From: Cystobasidiomycetes sp. EMM_F5 | Taxonomy: Eukaryota | NCBI GenBank assembly: GCA_051047955.1 | Contig: JBPGPT010000005.1 | Location: 186,001-250,000, forward strand | DNA length: 64,000 nucleotides | Direction of reading: 5' to 3' | Part shown: positions 1-13,016 of the stretch, piece by piece | Layout: each line of letters begins with the position of its first letter | How positions within the stretch are numbered: position 1 is the stretch's first letter | Position numbers and translations under genes: made by a program | The notes under the pieces: model-generated | The model's database searches: none | What the model was told of the DNA's origin: nothing | Seen by the model: the letters and a program-made list of their open reading frames with translations, nothing else

Positions 1-488
1 AATATGCTATTGATGTCACTCAAGTCGCACTCGTGGCGAATGGCCGTCGCTACTTTTCCAATTCGTCGTTTGTGAGCATCGTGGACACTGGCACGACTCT
101 GTTGATGCTGCCCGGTCAACTCGCATCCGGCATCAACGCCCTCTTCTCTCCAGCAGCGACATACAACCGAAATTTCGGAACGTACGTCGTATCTTGCACG
201 GCTACTGCACCGCAATTGAGTCTCCGCATCGGCGGTCAACTCATCACCATCCCGCAACGCGACTTGATAGTCCAGCAAGGCAACAACTTTTGCACGAGCG
301 GTGTAGGCGACGGCGGCGATATCCCTTACGGCATTCTCGGAGATGTCTTTTTGAAAAAGTGAGTCTATTCTGATTTGTCAGTACACCTGCCGAATCGCTG
401 ACTTGTCCCTTTTTGTCGCTCTAGTGTGCTGGCGGTATTTGACCTCGGTGCCACTCCTGCTATGCATTTCGCACAGAGAACCTCATGA
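1..488 (+). CDS. Pepsin-family (A1) aspartic protease, 3' part; 5' end lies outside the window
   Basis: Second catalytic motif SIVDTGTTL and the C-terminal GILGDVFLK. Intron 359-424 (GTGAGT...CTAG) joins to NVLAVFDLGATPAMHFAQRTS*, TGA at 486-488. Confidence 0.9.
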
Positions 489-1045
489 TGCAAGGTACTA
501 GCAATGGACAATGCTCAATCACAAGAGTTGACAGAGTATAAGAGGCTTTTCGCGCTTTTCGCATTTTGTAGCATCGTGCATACAGTATGCATCAATCGAC
601 CGTGTACATAAAACAGCAGTCTTCTACATACAATTAGTATACACGCACTCGTCTGATAAATTCATCGTGTCCGCCCTGGCTTTGTGCTCTTTCTTGCTTG
701 TTTTGTCGCCTCTTTTCTCAGGCCAACTGGCCCGTTGACCCGCATTTCCAACGGGTACAGAGTGTCTCAGACTGCTTGACGACCAGGCTAATGCGAGCAA
801 TAGACAGCGAACACTGGGTCTCTGGCCGCGTCTGGTTTCCAACCACAAATTTCTCTGATACTGCAGCACTGAATGACTTGCTGACTTCTGAGCACGTCCA
901 TACACCCAGCACACTCCCTTCGCGTCCCCCGACGTCACTGCGTTTGGCCTAACTGTTGACTGATAATCTTCAGCTGCAGCTTAACCATACCTCCTCGTGC
1001 TCAACCACGCTCTTTGCAAACTCACAAGCAAGCATCGCTACATTA

Positions 1046-2699
1046 ATGCTCACACCGCCTGTTCTCGCCGTCGTCGTCATTGGCGTACTGTTTTTGGTGA
1101 ATATTGAGGGTCGGGCTCTCCCTCATGACAAGCGACACTCCCAATCGCACCATACAATCATACGCAGGTCTCCACAATGGTCAAACCTACTGCCCGGAAT
1201 CATCCGAGCAAACGAAATTCCTGCTGCACAGCTTGTGCGACTCACCAGACACCGTTTACCCGTAGTCAAGTCCACCTCGGAAGCCGTGTTCCGCACCTAT
1301 TCTACATCCTCTCCTATCGATGACAGTACCACACGCTCGCCCGACGCTCTTTCAATCACTCTTCCCACCAGCTCCAACATTGGTAGTCTCCGTGCACTCA
1401 ATCATGGTCTTTCCTACACTGCGGCCGTCAATATCGGTGGGCAGGAAATCACACTTGTTCTCGATACTGGATCATCCGATACATGGGTCATTGATAGCAG
1501 CTTCAAGTGCATAAGCATGTCATCCCAGCAGACAACACCACAAAGCGATTGCGACTTCGGTAGCCCCTTCTATACGCCTACTGATCGCTTTCAGCAATCT
1601 CGCATCCAAGATCAAAACTTCAATATCCAGTACGGCGATGGAGAAGTCGTCACGGGCGCATTCGGTTTCGATAGCATTACGTTTGCTGGTATTACTGTAG
1701 ACCAGCAACTCGCTGTCGTTGACCACGCAAAGTGGTTGGGCGACGACGTTACAGCTGGCTTGTAAGCTTCGACAGACAATCACGTAGATATCTAGACGTG
1801 GCTGACGCGTTTTCCCTGCTGTAAATAGGCTCGGTCTCGGCCCTTCTCTGGGTACCTCTGCCTACCCTGGAAACGATCCTTTTAAAGATGACCGATCTAG
1901 CAACGCGATCCACTACAAGCCACTTATTCAAACTATCTTTGCAGCCAACCCTTCCCTTCCAGGCATTTTCAGCGTAGCCATTGAGCGAGACAATTCTTCA
2001 GACTCTGGCGCCCAGGCCGGCGGTGTCTTGGCTATCGGTGGACTACCTCCGACAAATCAAGTATCACGCTCCAATTCATTCACGAGCGCGCCTTTAGTCG
2101 TGGTCGAGCAGTATGTTCGATCGTATGGCCAATCCTACAATTCCACACAGGCCAATTACGCTGTTGATGTGGACGGCGTCACTTTGACGTCCACTTCTGG
2201 CGACGGTCAATCACAGACTGTAGCAACAAGCTTTGTAGCTCTCGTTGATACTGGCTCAAGCCTGCGTGAGTCCAAATTGTTACGACGTTTCATGTCACAA
2301 GTGACACTGAAGTACCGGTACGATGTCCAGTCACTGTTCCGCAAGATATTGCATCCGCCATCAATAACGCATTTGATCCGACCGCAAAATGGTCTGACGC
2401 ATCCCAAGCATACGTTATACAATGCGATGCCAAACCACCTTCTCTATCAATCAAGATTGCATCACAAGACATCCACATCCAGCCGCAGGATCTAGTCACC
2501 AACTTTGGGGGCTTCTGCATATCAAACGTTGTTGATGCGCCAGGCTTGACATTTGGTATCCTTGGCGACGTTTTCCTGAAAAAGTGAGGTTGCGGCACGT
2601 TAGACCCTTACCGAGATACATTACTAATGTCGTATGTGCAGTGTCCTCGCCATCTTTAATGTTGGCGGTCAGAGCATGCACTTCGCGCAGCGGCCGTGA
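1046..2699 (+). CDS. Secreted pepsin-family (A1) aspartic protease, tandem paralog of the upstream gene
   Basis: Hydrophobic signal MLTPPVLAVVVIGVLFLV and a propeptide with KR/RR sites. Both catalytic motifs present (LDTGSSDTW, VDTGSSL), plus flap QYGDG and GILGDVFLK. Three GT-AG introns (~1762-1828, ~2267-2330, 2585-2641). Confidence 0.92.
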
Positions 2700-2985
2700 A
2701 GAGCGTGAAACGGAGATTATATATAAGCACTCAAAATTCTGTCTTTACTGTTCTTCTATTTAGGCAACCGTAAAGTATTACAACACTTTCTGTGTAGTAT
2801 CTGTGCAAACTGTCGGCTGGTCTAGATCTCGACTCCTAAGATTGCAGAGTGCCGAATTATTAGTCTTGGCGTGCTCTACTATCCCACTGCGACCCTCGCA
2901 CCAGAGTGACCGATTCTTTTCTGTTTAAGCTGCCACGGCGTATACCTATTCTCTAATCTGTTGCCTTATCTATTGCTTCGCTTCC

Positions 2986-5658
2986 TCAATTTGGGTGTCC
3001 TTTAACAGCAGGGTCGTTACCGCTGTAGAAATTGCTCAAATCCCGACCAAACAGGCCGCGTTTCTGCAACATAAGGCTCGATCAGTTTGAAGCCGGTGTG
3101 TCGTCCGGGCGATACCTGCTCGCAGAACTCACAATCCAGTCAAGCATCATTGACAGTCTCATTCTCAAGCTGACCCTGTCAAACCGAGAAAATTGCTGAT
3201 TAGCGCCCGATATCGAGATTAGACATCACTACTGCTTACGATTCGCTCCAGTAAATCCTGTTTCAATGAGCTCGATTCAGCGTTCATGTCCTCGCGTTAA
3301 GTAATGCAAGGCTCACGATCGCCACAAGTACATCGCAGCCAGACCGCCGGCGAGATTGTAACCATTGAAATCAAACACTGCCGAATTCCCAATGTATGCG
3401 AGAGATCCAAGGTGTTTGTACGAGAAAGGCTCGTAGAGGATATCATCCATGTCATCCTGTACATCCATCGCTTGTAGCTGATCATGGCCGGTCGCAGCTA
3501 GCCTTGCAAACTTCTTGCCGAGGTATTTGCCTTGCTGTTCAGCAACCTGCGCAGTAGCGGGTAAAGCTGTCAGACGGCCCGAAATTTTGGAAAACATGGC
3601 CGCAAGCTCGTTCAAGCCAATCGAGCCATCGTGATCCTCGTCATACTTCTCAAAGACGTCGCGAACTTTCTCGATATGCAGCTGTGATGTTGGGAAAAGT
3701 CGGTTGATGCGTTTCAACATGACTTCAAATTCCTGGAAATTGATCTTTCCGCTGAGAGACGCACATAGTCAGGTTGATTGTTCTGATCACGGCATGACAT
3801 TCGAAACATACTCTTTATTCTCGTCACATAGGTCGATGAGCTCCCATAGATGATCTTGCAGGTTTGTTTCGATCGTTGAGGCGTCGCCAATGCAGTATAA
3901 CGTGCCCAGAGGAGCTCCTTTGACACGCATGTGCGAGTCTACCTCCAGCGCATGCTTATGATACTGATTTGGCAAAAGTGAAGCGACTAGTTTGGTGAAT
4001 GGGTTCATCGCTGTCACAGGACGACAGTCAGTACCAGCGTTGCAAGCATCAGCTGATCAGACTTACCGATACCAGTACTCCATAGGGTAAAACCGCTTGG
4101 AATTTTGTTTTCGGTAACCTTGCCATTCTCGCCTTTGACGGTGTAGGTAACGAAATCGGGGCCAACCTCCTTGACTCTAGCGTTCAACACGGTATCTATG
4201 CCATATCGGCCGAAGCGGGACTCTGCATACGAAGAAATCTTTTCCGAGTAGGTATTGAGAATATGGTCGCGGGACTGAATGATGTGGACTTTGGCAGATT
4301 CACGGAGTAGTTTTGGGAAATAGTCTGTTACGTCCTCGTTGATCATGTCGTACAGCTCTGAAGCGAATTCCACACCGGTGGGCCCACCTCCACACACGAC
4401 GAAGTTCAAGAGCTTGTTGCGCTCCTCAGCCGATGTCGAGGGGAGGGACGCCACTTCGAAGTTACGGAGTAGTCGTGACCGGATCTTTAACACGTCTTCA
4501 ATCGTCTTCAGTTGGCTGGAGAATATTATGGACATTAGAATGCTTCGTGTGGCTGCACCAGCTATCACGTACTAGCAGTTATCGAGACCAGGAACACCAT
4601 GATCATTACTGACGCTTCCACAAGCAATGACCAGCTTGTCATATCTACATCGAGCCATTATCAGTATGCATGCCCGCATACTTGCAGTCAGCTTATACTC
4701 ACGGCACATAGAAGTTCTCGGCATAACCTTCAACAGCAATTTCGATGAGGCGCTCCGACATGTCAATTCCGACAGCCTTGCCTTGCAAATAATGACCACG
4801 GACGCGTCCGATAATCTTGCGAATCGGTTCTACCAGCGAACGAGCTTCAAGGGTACCGACGGCGGCGGATGCTGCGATACAATGTTAATGCTACATTTCA
4901 TACATGAGTACAGCGACATACGAAGCAGCGGTGTAAAGAGATTGTAGTTTGCATCGCTGACCACGCAGACGTGGTATGCGCCTGCTTGCAATTGCTTCAA
5001 TAGCCCAACAGCCTGTAAATGGTGACATGTTGGTATAGACATCAGACGTTCTGCATGGATTGAGACGTACGCCCCAGCCGCCTCCGATAACCACTAATTT
5101 CGGCTTGCTTGCCAAAGCTTTAGTTGCCTGTTGACGGGTTAGCCGTCGTTAGCTACTTCTCCGTCGGCATCTGTCATCATGCCTATCCCAACACACATCG
5201 TCTTCCTCGTCATCGACCAGGATATTTGCAATCTTGAGGTTCTTTGGACCACCTCGTTTTGGCTCGAGTGCCAATGTATTCACAGGCACACCGGTGATGT
5301 ACTTTGTTCGATAGGTCGTCGCATCCCAGATGAGCAGCCCGCCAACGATGGAGGTCACAGAAAAGCCCAGCGCGAGGATTGCTCTCCGCGTCCACTTTAT
5401 GATAGGATGGCGATCTGATAGCAGGAATGACCGCACGAAAGATCTGGGCTGCTGCACGACTGGCTGAGGCGCTGTCCGCGGTGCTGAGGGCATCACATCT
5501 TGCTGCCATCGTCTCGAAGTATGGAAGCCTCGTTGCCGTTTCAGAATGAGCTCGCCGACATTGATGATATCACGTCGGGCAACAGCGGCGGCTGCGACAC
5601 TGCCATTCCTGCGCAGTACTGCCCGCAGCGGCACCAGAGCTGGACTAGCTCGCAGCAT
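2986..5658 (-). CDS. Mitochondrial type II (alternative) NADH:ubiquinone oxidoreductase with EF-hand Ca-binding insert (Neurospora NDE1/plant NDB-like)
   Basis: Arg-rich presequence MLRASPALVPLRAVLRR. Rossmann motifs LVVIGGGWG and VVCGGGPTGVE, EF-hand DEDHDGSIGLNEL, LPATAQVAEQQGKYL, C-terminal KRGLFGRDLS. Multi-exon with consistent splice phases. Confidence 0.93.
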
Positions 5659-5865
5659 TGTCCGATGAAGAAGCGGCTGTCGGTACTGAGCAGAAGTCAG
5701 CAAAGTGCGCTCTCCCAAAATAACAATACTGCTCACTCGTCCTTCAGCCCTGATTACGTAATCCGGCCATGCAGAAAATTGAAGTCGATTCTGGTGGCAG
5801 CGGCGCAATTTTGGTCGAGCAGCGATTGTTCAAAAGGGAAAGAGAGCAATAGCTCATCTGCAAGT
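5659..5865. promoter_or_regulatory. Short bidirectional promoter region (NADH dehydrogenase / RLP24)
   Basis: About 207 bp between divergent ATGs at 5658 (-) and 5866 (+). Confidence 0.55.
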
Positions 5866-6748
5866 ATGCGTATCGAGAAGTGTGAGTGGCTTGGTTGGGT
5901 GCGGCGCCGCGTTTGTCTGGCTGAAAGACGCTCATTTTGCAAACTGCAGGCTACTTTTGCTCGTCCAATGTGTACCCGGGAGCTGGACAGATGTTTGTGC
6001 GCAACGACTCCAAGATCTTTCGCTTCTGCAGGAGTAAATGCCACAAGAATTTCAAGTGCGTGGGATGGTCGAGGCTATCGATTTTTGAGCGAGCAGCCAG
6101 CTGATTATCTTCACAACCTCCCGTGACATCTTTGGAACTCCGTCTCGCAGAATGAAACGCAATCCTCGTACTGTTCGGTGGACGAAAGCCTTCCGGAAGG
6201 CGGCTGGCAAGGAGATGACAGTCGACAGTACGCTAGAGTTTGAGAAGAGGAGGAATATCCCCGTCAAGTACGACAGAGAGCTGTATGCAACAACCGTCAA
6301 GGCGGTCAGCCGGATACAGGAGATCAGGGCAAAGAGAGAAAAGGCATTCTATCGCGCCAGAATGGCAAAGGCGGCTCCGGCATCCTTACGTGGCGATGCT
6401 CTCGAAGTGCTGTCCGGCTCGCACCTGCTCGGAAAGGACAGACATGATCCAATCGTACAGAAAGCGCTGGCGGCCGCTGAGATCAAGGCAATCAAGAAGA
6501 GGCAACGCAAACTTCAAGGTATCGAGCAGAAGGTGCAGGCGCTGCAGGACGGTCTCGAAGAAGCCGGAGACGAAGAGTCTGTGCTTGCAAACATGCGCGA
6601 GGCGGACGACCAGGATATGGACGAGCAGACAGAGGAGACGCGCGAGAAAATCAAGATCAAGGTGCCGGCTCGAAGCAAAAAGTCATCTGCCAGGAGCGCC
6701 CTTGTGCCCGCAGCCAACGGTGCAAGCATGGGGATGCATATCGATTGA
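5866..6748 (+). CDS. RLP24: Ribosome biogenesis protein Rlp24 (eL24 paralog)
   Basis: Spliced N-terminus [16 protein letters not shown]...[13 protein letters not shown], then [44 protein letters not shown]. Confidence 0.95.
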
Positions 6749-6975
6749 TGACATGGCTCTCTCATCTTTGGACGCATCCTACACTTGTATTACCATTTTA
6801 AGTGGAGTTGGGGTTGCAGTAGTTCGGATACTTGGCTTGGCTGTTGTGATAACGATATGGCTAGAGACGCGAACGCTTTCTGCCTGTCTTGTGAAGCGAC
6901 TCCGACGAAACAGAAAGTCAGTGCGGCGTTGATATTGGGAGTGCAGACCTGTCTCTCCATGACCTTGCGCTTCCC

Positions 6976-7536
6976 TCACGCTACACGAGCAGCTGCAGGT
7001 ACTTCGTCCAGTACTTCGCGAGCATAACTTTCGTTCTTATACTTGGAAATGAAGGCTTTCGCACCGCCTTCCATGACGAAGACCGACAGGCTCTTATTCG
7101 TGTCCAGGGCGTCACGAAGCCAAGCGGCGCATCGTCGACCTCGTCCGGTCGCGCTGCATGAGCCACAGTAAACGATGACATCCAGTGTCCCGCTCCTCTG
7201 AGCTTTTGCCAGTGTGGTAAGCATATTGGCGATAGCGATGGAATTAGGATAGAAGGTTTGAGCGGGGAGATTAATGGAGCCTTTTAGCAGATAATCCTGA
7301 AGGGCGTATAAGAGCACGTCATGAATGGTCAATTCAATTATAATCAAAAATGAGTCGCTCACGTCTGCATCCGTCCGGCGCACATCTATCAGCAAAAAGG
7401 GGATAGAAGCGCTTGAAGTGTCTCGAAGCCTAACGCAGACTTCCTCTACAGGCTTGCTAGGGATTTGGCTAGCATTGTCTGATTCAGGATAGCCTAGCCA
7501 TTCCTTCACAGCCACGGGAGTCTCGCAATTGTCCAT
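6976..7536 (-). CDS. Single-domain rhodanese/Cdc25-like phosphatase or arsenate reductase (Ibp1/Ych1/Acr2 family)
   Basis: LLIDVRRTD, KGSINLPAQTFY, VIVYCGSCSATGRGRRCAAW, VMEGGAKAF. One in-frame intron at ~7300-7362. Confidence 0.85.
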   Translation of the reverse strand: MDNCETPVAVKEWLGYPESDNASQIPSKPVEEVCVRLRDTSSASIPFLLIDVRRTDADVSDSFLIIIELTIHDVLLYALQDYLLKGSINLPAQTFYPNSIAIANMLTTLAKAQRSGTLDVIVYCGSCSATGRGRRCAAWLRDALDTNKSLSVFVMEGGAKAFISKYKNESYAREVLDEVPAAARVA

Positions 7537-8237
7537 ATTGGCGCGCTCGTGTGCAGCTGCGCCGTCGATGGAATGGTTCTCCGCAATTGGGTTAAGAGTG
7601 ATGGGCCAGAGCGGGAAGGCTTTCGAATGCGGTAATAGAGGAGACAGTGGTTTTCGCGGCGTTGAGCACTGTTGCGAGTCTCCACGCAGTGCCTTCAGGC
7701 CGGCTAAGGAAAGGATCTGTAAATCTGGTGACAGGCAGGCCTAGGTCGAACATAATGTCTGATAGGCGAGTCTTTTCAAACTGAGTAGTGACACATTATT
7801 GAAGTAAGGCGAATCAAGGTGTATGTATAGTCCTAGTGCACAGTTCACACCCTGGCAAGTGCGCATAATTGTGTATGAGGTTTATAGTTATTTTGACAAT
7901 GTTCAGTGTTCTTGCTTCAGACATGGCGTTTGTACAATGCATATAATATGATGTAATCCATGAATCGCTGTTCTCTTCCCCCGCTGAGAATAGTTGCGTA
8001 ACGGGTCACCTGTTTACGGCCCAGGTTCTGGTTACACCCACAAACGCGGCTCGCGCAACCTCAGCCGATGGATTCGATGACCGGGCTTTGTCGTGTCTCC
8101 TCTTCTGCCAGAGTTCCAAGCTTGCGACGTACAGGCCGAAGATAGCTTGAGCCATGTAGGATTGAATGCTTTTTGCAGCGGTTTGGCCAGGAACGTTGTA
8201 GCTAGCTTGACGCCCGTATCGCGGTACTAATGACTCG

Positions 8238-8659
8238 CTAGCAAATAACGCAGCATGTCGCGCTCTTTTCTGTACCAGCGGACCTTTGCTGATATTTTTC
8301 CGGGTTGCGACCCAAACCTCCGATGGAGCGTGATGCCTTGCGATCCAATTTCAACCCTTTCTTGCCCATCCTTGTTGTACCTGCTCGCACGGAAGAGGCA
8401 TCGTCACTTCCGGCGACATCTGTGTTGCCATTTTGTGGCGACGTGATTGCGATGTGTTGTCCTGTTCATTCGTAGAACACAGACATCAGCGCTTATTGGA
8501 GGAGGTTCAGAGGGCTGGTATATGGAGCACCTGAACTGCTCATTGCACCTGCGGCCCTGCTCTTCACACGAAAGTTGTCCGAGGCGACCTCGCGTATTGT
8601 CGAATGGCTGTCGCAAAACACAGCTCTGTAAGGACGACCAGCAGGTACTCGCTTCCCAT
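8238..8659 (-). CDS. Candidate small protein ending in CC-CAAX (CCVIC*); gene model uncertain
   Basis: Open frame 8461-8238 encodes ...RMGKKGLKLDRKASRSIGGLGRNPEKYQQRSAGTEKSATCCVIC*. Plausible upstream introns 8462-8530 and 8608-8648 connect to ATGs at 8543 or 8659. Confidence 0.3.
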
Positions 8660-8907
8660 GCGACAACCTCAATGGTGCATATTAAAGCTGGGATGCATGA
8701 AAGGATGTAATTGGGGACCGGCTAAGTGCGCAGATTACGAGGTTTCAGCCGCAGTCTGCAACGTCATTCTAAAAAAATTGGGAGCCTAGGAAGGCATATT
8801 TCAGGACATCGTTGTCAAATAATGACTTATTACTGTCAACTCGGTTGGTTACAGATTACACATATCCTACTGGCAAAAATTTGCGAAAGAGCCGCATTTA
8901 TCTTCGT

Positions 8908-10887
8908 CTACAACTTTGACTGCCTGTCAACGGCGGAAGCTATTTCATGCTGGAGAAGTCACAGCGATTCATCAGCCCTCATATATAGCGAAAGATCACA
9001 GCCGTGTGTGTTGAACCTACCCAAGGTGCCAGCTCGATAGGAGCTTGCGTATCAATCGTGTTGAGCATCTCCTTGGACAGCACCTTCCGCGACACAACAA
9101 TGATGAAAGTATGCTGGCGCAACCACTCTGAGGTGCATACGAAGTAGCCTCCCCACGTCAAATATAGTCAGCCCGGCGTTCGTGCGCAATACTGCCGGCG
9201 AGTGTGATCTCGATGTAGACTAACCCTTCTGTCCAAGCATCGATGACCAGCTGTTCTCAACCCGGTAACGTTGTGGCTTTCCGTTGTCGTCAAGATGGGT
9301 GCCAACAATAGCTGTTTGAGTACTCAAGTCAGCCAGCAAATAAGAGTGACAGGGCTAATTACCTTACCCATAGCATGACTCGGGTACGTGTCGCGTGTCG
9401 AAAGTCGTTGAGCTTTATTCATGTTGAGGCTGGTACCAAACACGCTCAAATAGTCGAACATTTTAGTATCCATGATACCACTGCCGACAGACATGAATTG
9501 TCCGACGTCGCAGGCAAACCTGCGGGGCTCGTGTCAGTTCAAAGCCACGGATCATGCCAATCATACCGCTAAGACCAACCAAACAGCCATATCTTCTTTG
9601 ATCATCTTGACGACAGCATCCTCGAGCTGCTCTGCCTCGACGTTGAGGTACTTGGAGGTCCGTCCACCGACAAAGCTGTCACTCAGTTGAGCGGAATAGA
9701 CCTTGCCGGTCGAGTGACGAGGATCATTAGCGAGGACGACGAGGTCATCGACGTCAAATTCTGGTGCCAAGCTCTTGTAATACTCCAGCGGAGTCATCGT
9801 GATCGACTTAAACTTTTTGTCCTTGTCGGTGAAATCAAAACGCAGCTTGTCTGTAGGGTTGGGCGGAACTCCGAGAAGCATAGCAAGAATGCGATAGACT
9901 TCGCTCATTTGCTGCTTCTTGCGAGCGCGGCAGATCTTGATAGCCTGGTCTTTCCAGCCGGACTTGGTTTCCGAACCCGACTTTGATGGCGCATCCATTC
10001 GGGCATTTTCCCAAATCAGGCGGTATTCGAGACAATACTCACGAAGCTAGTGAAAGAAGCAGTCAGGTTTACATCCATAGAGGCCGAAGAAGAGCCCACG
10101 CACTTTCGAGCTCAGAAGGTCAGTGATCCGATGCGAGGCATCCGTATTGTACGTCTCGTTATAAATTGCCTTGGGAACAAGTCCATATCGTTTGATCAAG
10201 CTTGCCGAGTCATGGGCCCATCCGCCATCATTTGCAGCCCAGCCGTTGTACATCTGCACCACTCGAGATTCAAGGGGCTCCTCCACGAGCTTAATCATTC
10301 GCTCCAGGTAGCCGTTGCAGCGCTCAAGCTTGTCGTAAAAGGAGAGATAGCCCGCACTGAATTGGAAGCGATCCATTTTGTGCTTTTTTGCAAAGACGAG
10401 TCTTGCGCAAGCCAGCGAGGCGAACATCCAGCATCTCCCGCTTGAAGCCTGGTCGGCAACAGCTGTGGATGATGGTCAAAAAACCACTTTCCTAGCCTCA
10501 GCGCGATCATACCTACGCAGTATCTCGCTACTGAGTTTTGTGTTGAACATATGATGGTTGCTGTTGTTCAATGACGAGTTGCGCATGAGAGAGAAGAGAT
10601 CGCCTTTTCTACGGGTACACGATACGTCAACGACACATATCCAGCATCGCAATGAGAGCGTTCCTGCCTCACCCCAGAATATTGCCAAGAACCTTTCTGG
10701 TAGGGTCCTTTTCAAAATCGGTATGCCAGTGAGCGATGTCGCCGTCGACAATGGCGCCGGGATGCAGTTCTTCAATTTTCTCTGTCTGCTTGGTAACTGC
10801 AGGAGCTTGGATTGGTTCAGTCTTATCGTTCGACACGACAAGGGGATCGAGTGCCTTGACATCGTCTTTCATGTCTGCGATGGCCAT
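8908..10887 (-). CDS. Bleomycin hydrolase / cysteine aminopeptidase, peptidase family C1B (Lap3/Gal6-like)
   Basis: After splicing: catalytic Cys motif DQASSGRCWMFA, YDKLERCN, NDGGW, His motif PSHAM, Asn motif YRVENSW, GYFVCTSEW. Last exon HEIASAVDRQSKL*. Confidence 0.9.
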
Positions 10888-11262
10888 GGTGAGAGTATTA
10901 GTAGGGTTGCGGGTCTGTTCGTGCGCGGGAGTGAATGAAGGTAAGAGGACAAGGAGCATGCAAGGAGGATGGCCTTTTATTCAGTGGGCGTCGACGGGTT
11001 GACGGTCCAAACTGTCGCACCGTCCTGCGTCGGCCGGACCAAAGAAGATTGGAAACCAATGTGCAACGCTTCGGACGGTCACCGAAAATGCTAGCCCAAG
11101 CAATCCGAGCAGCGACAGACACACACAGTGCCTTTGAGCGCTAGTCCTGTAGTCGCTGGTCATTGATTGACGGTCGATCTTTACGGCGTTGGATGTCGCG
11201 CAAAGTCAGTGTATTGCGTAAACCTGTTTGGGGAAATTCCACATCTTCTGTGTAATGCAACG

Positions 11263-12590
<1,328 letters not shown>

Positions 12591-13016
12591 CTGCTCGATG
12601 CGACTCCTGATGATGCACAATTGCAAAATATTGCTTGATAGGCTGCGATATGAGTCGAGCCCAAGAGGGTCCTACATGATAGGATATATGCGACGCCCAT
12701 CTTACAGCATTGCTTCGAGAAGACAACGCGATCTGTACTGGTCAGCACTATGGAAAGTCTTTACGACCCACATGGCAAACGAATCTAGGCAAAGCACAAA
12801 ATACTGTTGTCCTGCATCGATGCACGACGCATTGTGTATGTCGCAGGCGTTCCGCCGACCGACGTCTACACAGGATCCGCCGAATTTGCGTGATATTTGG
12901 TCGAGGGATACTTTTTACATCTGGTCATACATTAGGCTAAAATGTGCACTAGGACAGGCATAGGCAGCCTCGCGCTAGCGCTATACTGTACCACTCACAA
13001 TGAGTGGTTGCAGGCA

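Noticed and set aside
3583..3800. EF-hands within the NADH dehydrogenase
   Set aside because: Established feature of Ca-regulated external type II NADH dehydrogenases; recorded as a feature only.
5500..6932. Long alternative-frame ORFs (5500-6126, 6240-6932) and similar shadow ORFs elsewhere
   Set aside because: They overlap well-supported genes in other frames and are expected by-products of codon bias.
12600..12700. TGATGA box-C-like motif downstream of DYS1
   Set aside because: No matching box D or terminal stem; consistent with ordinary 3' UTR.
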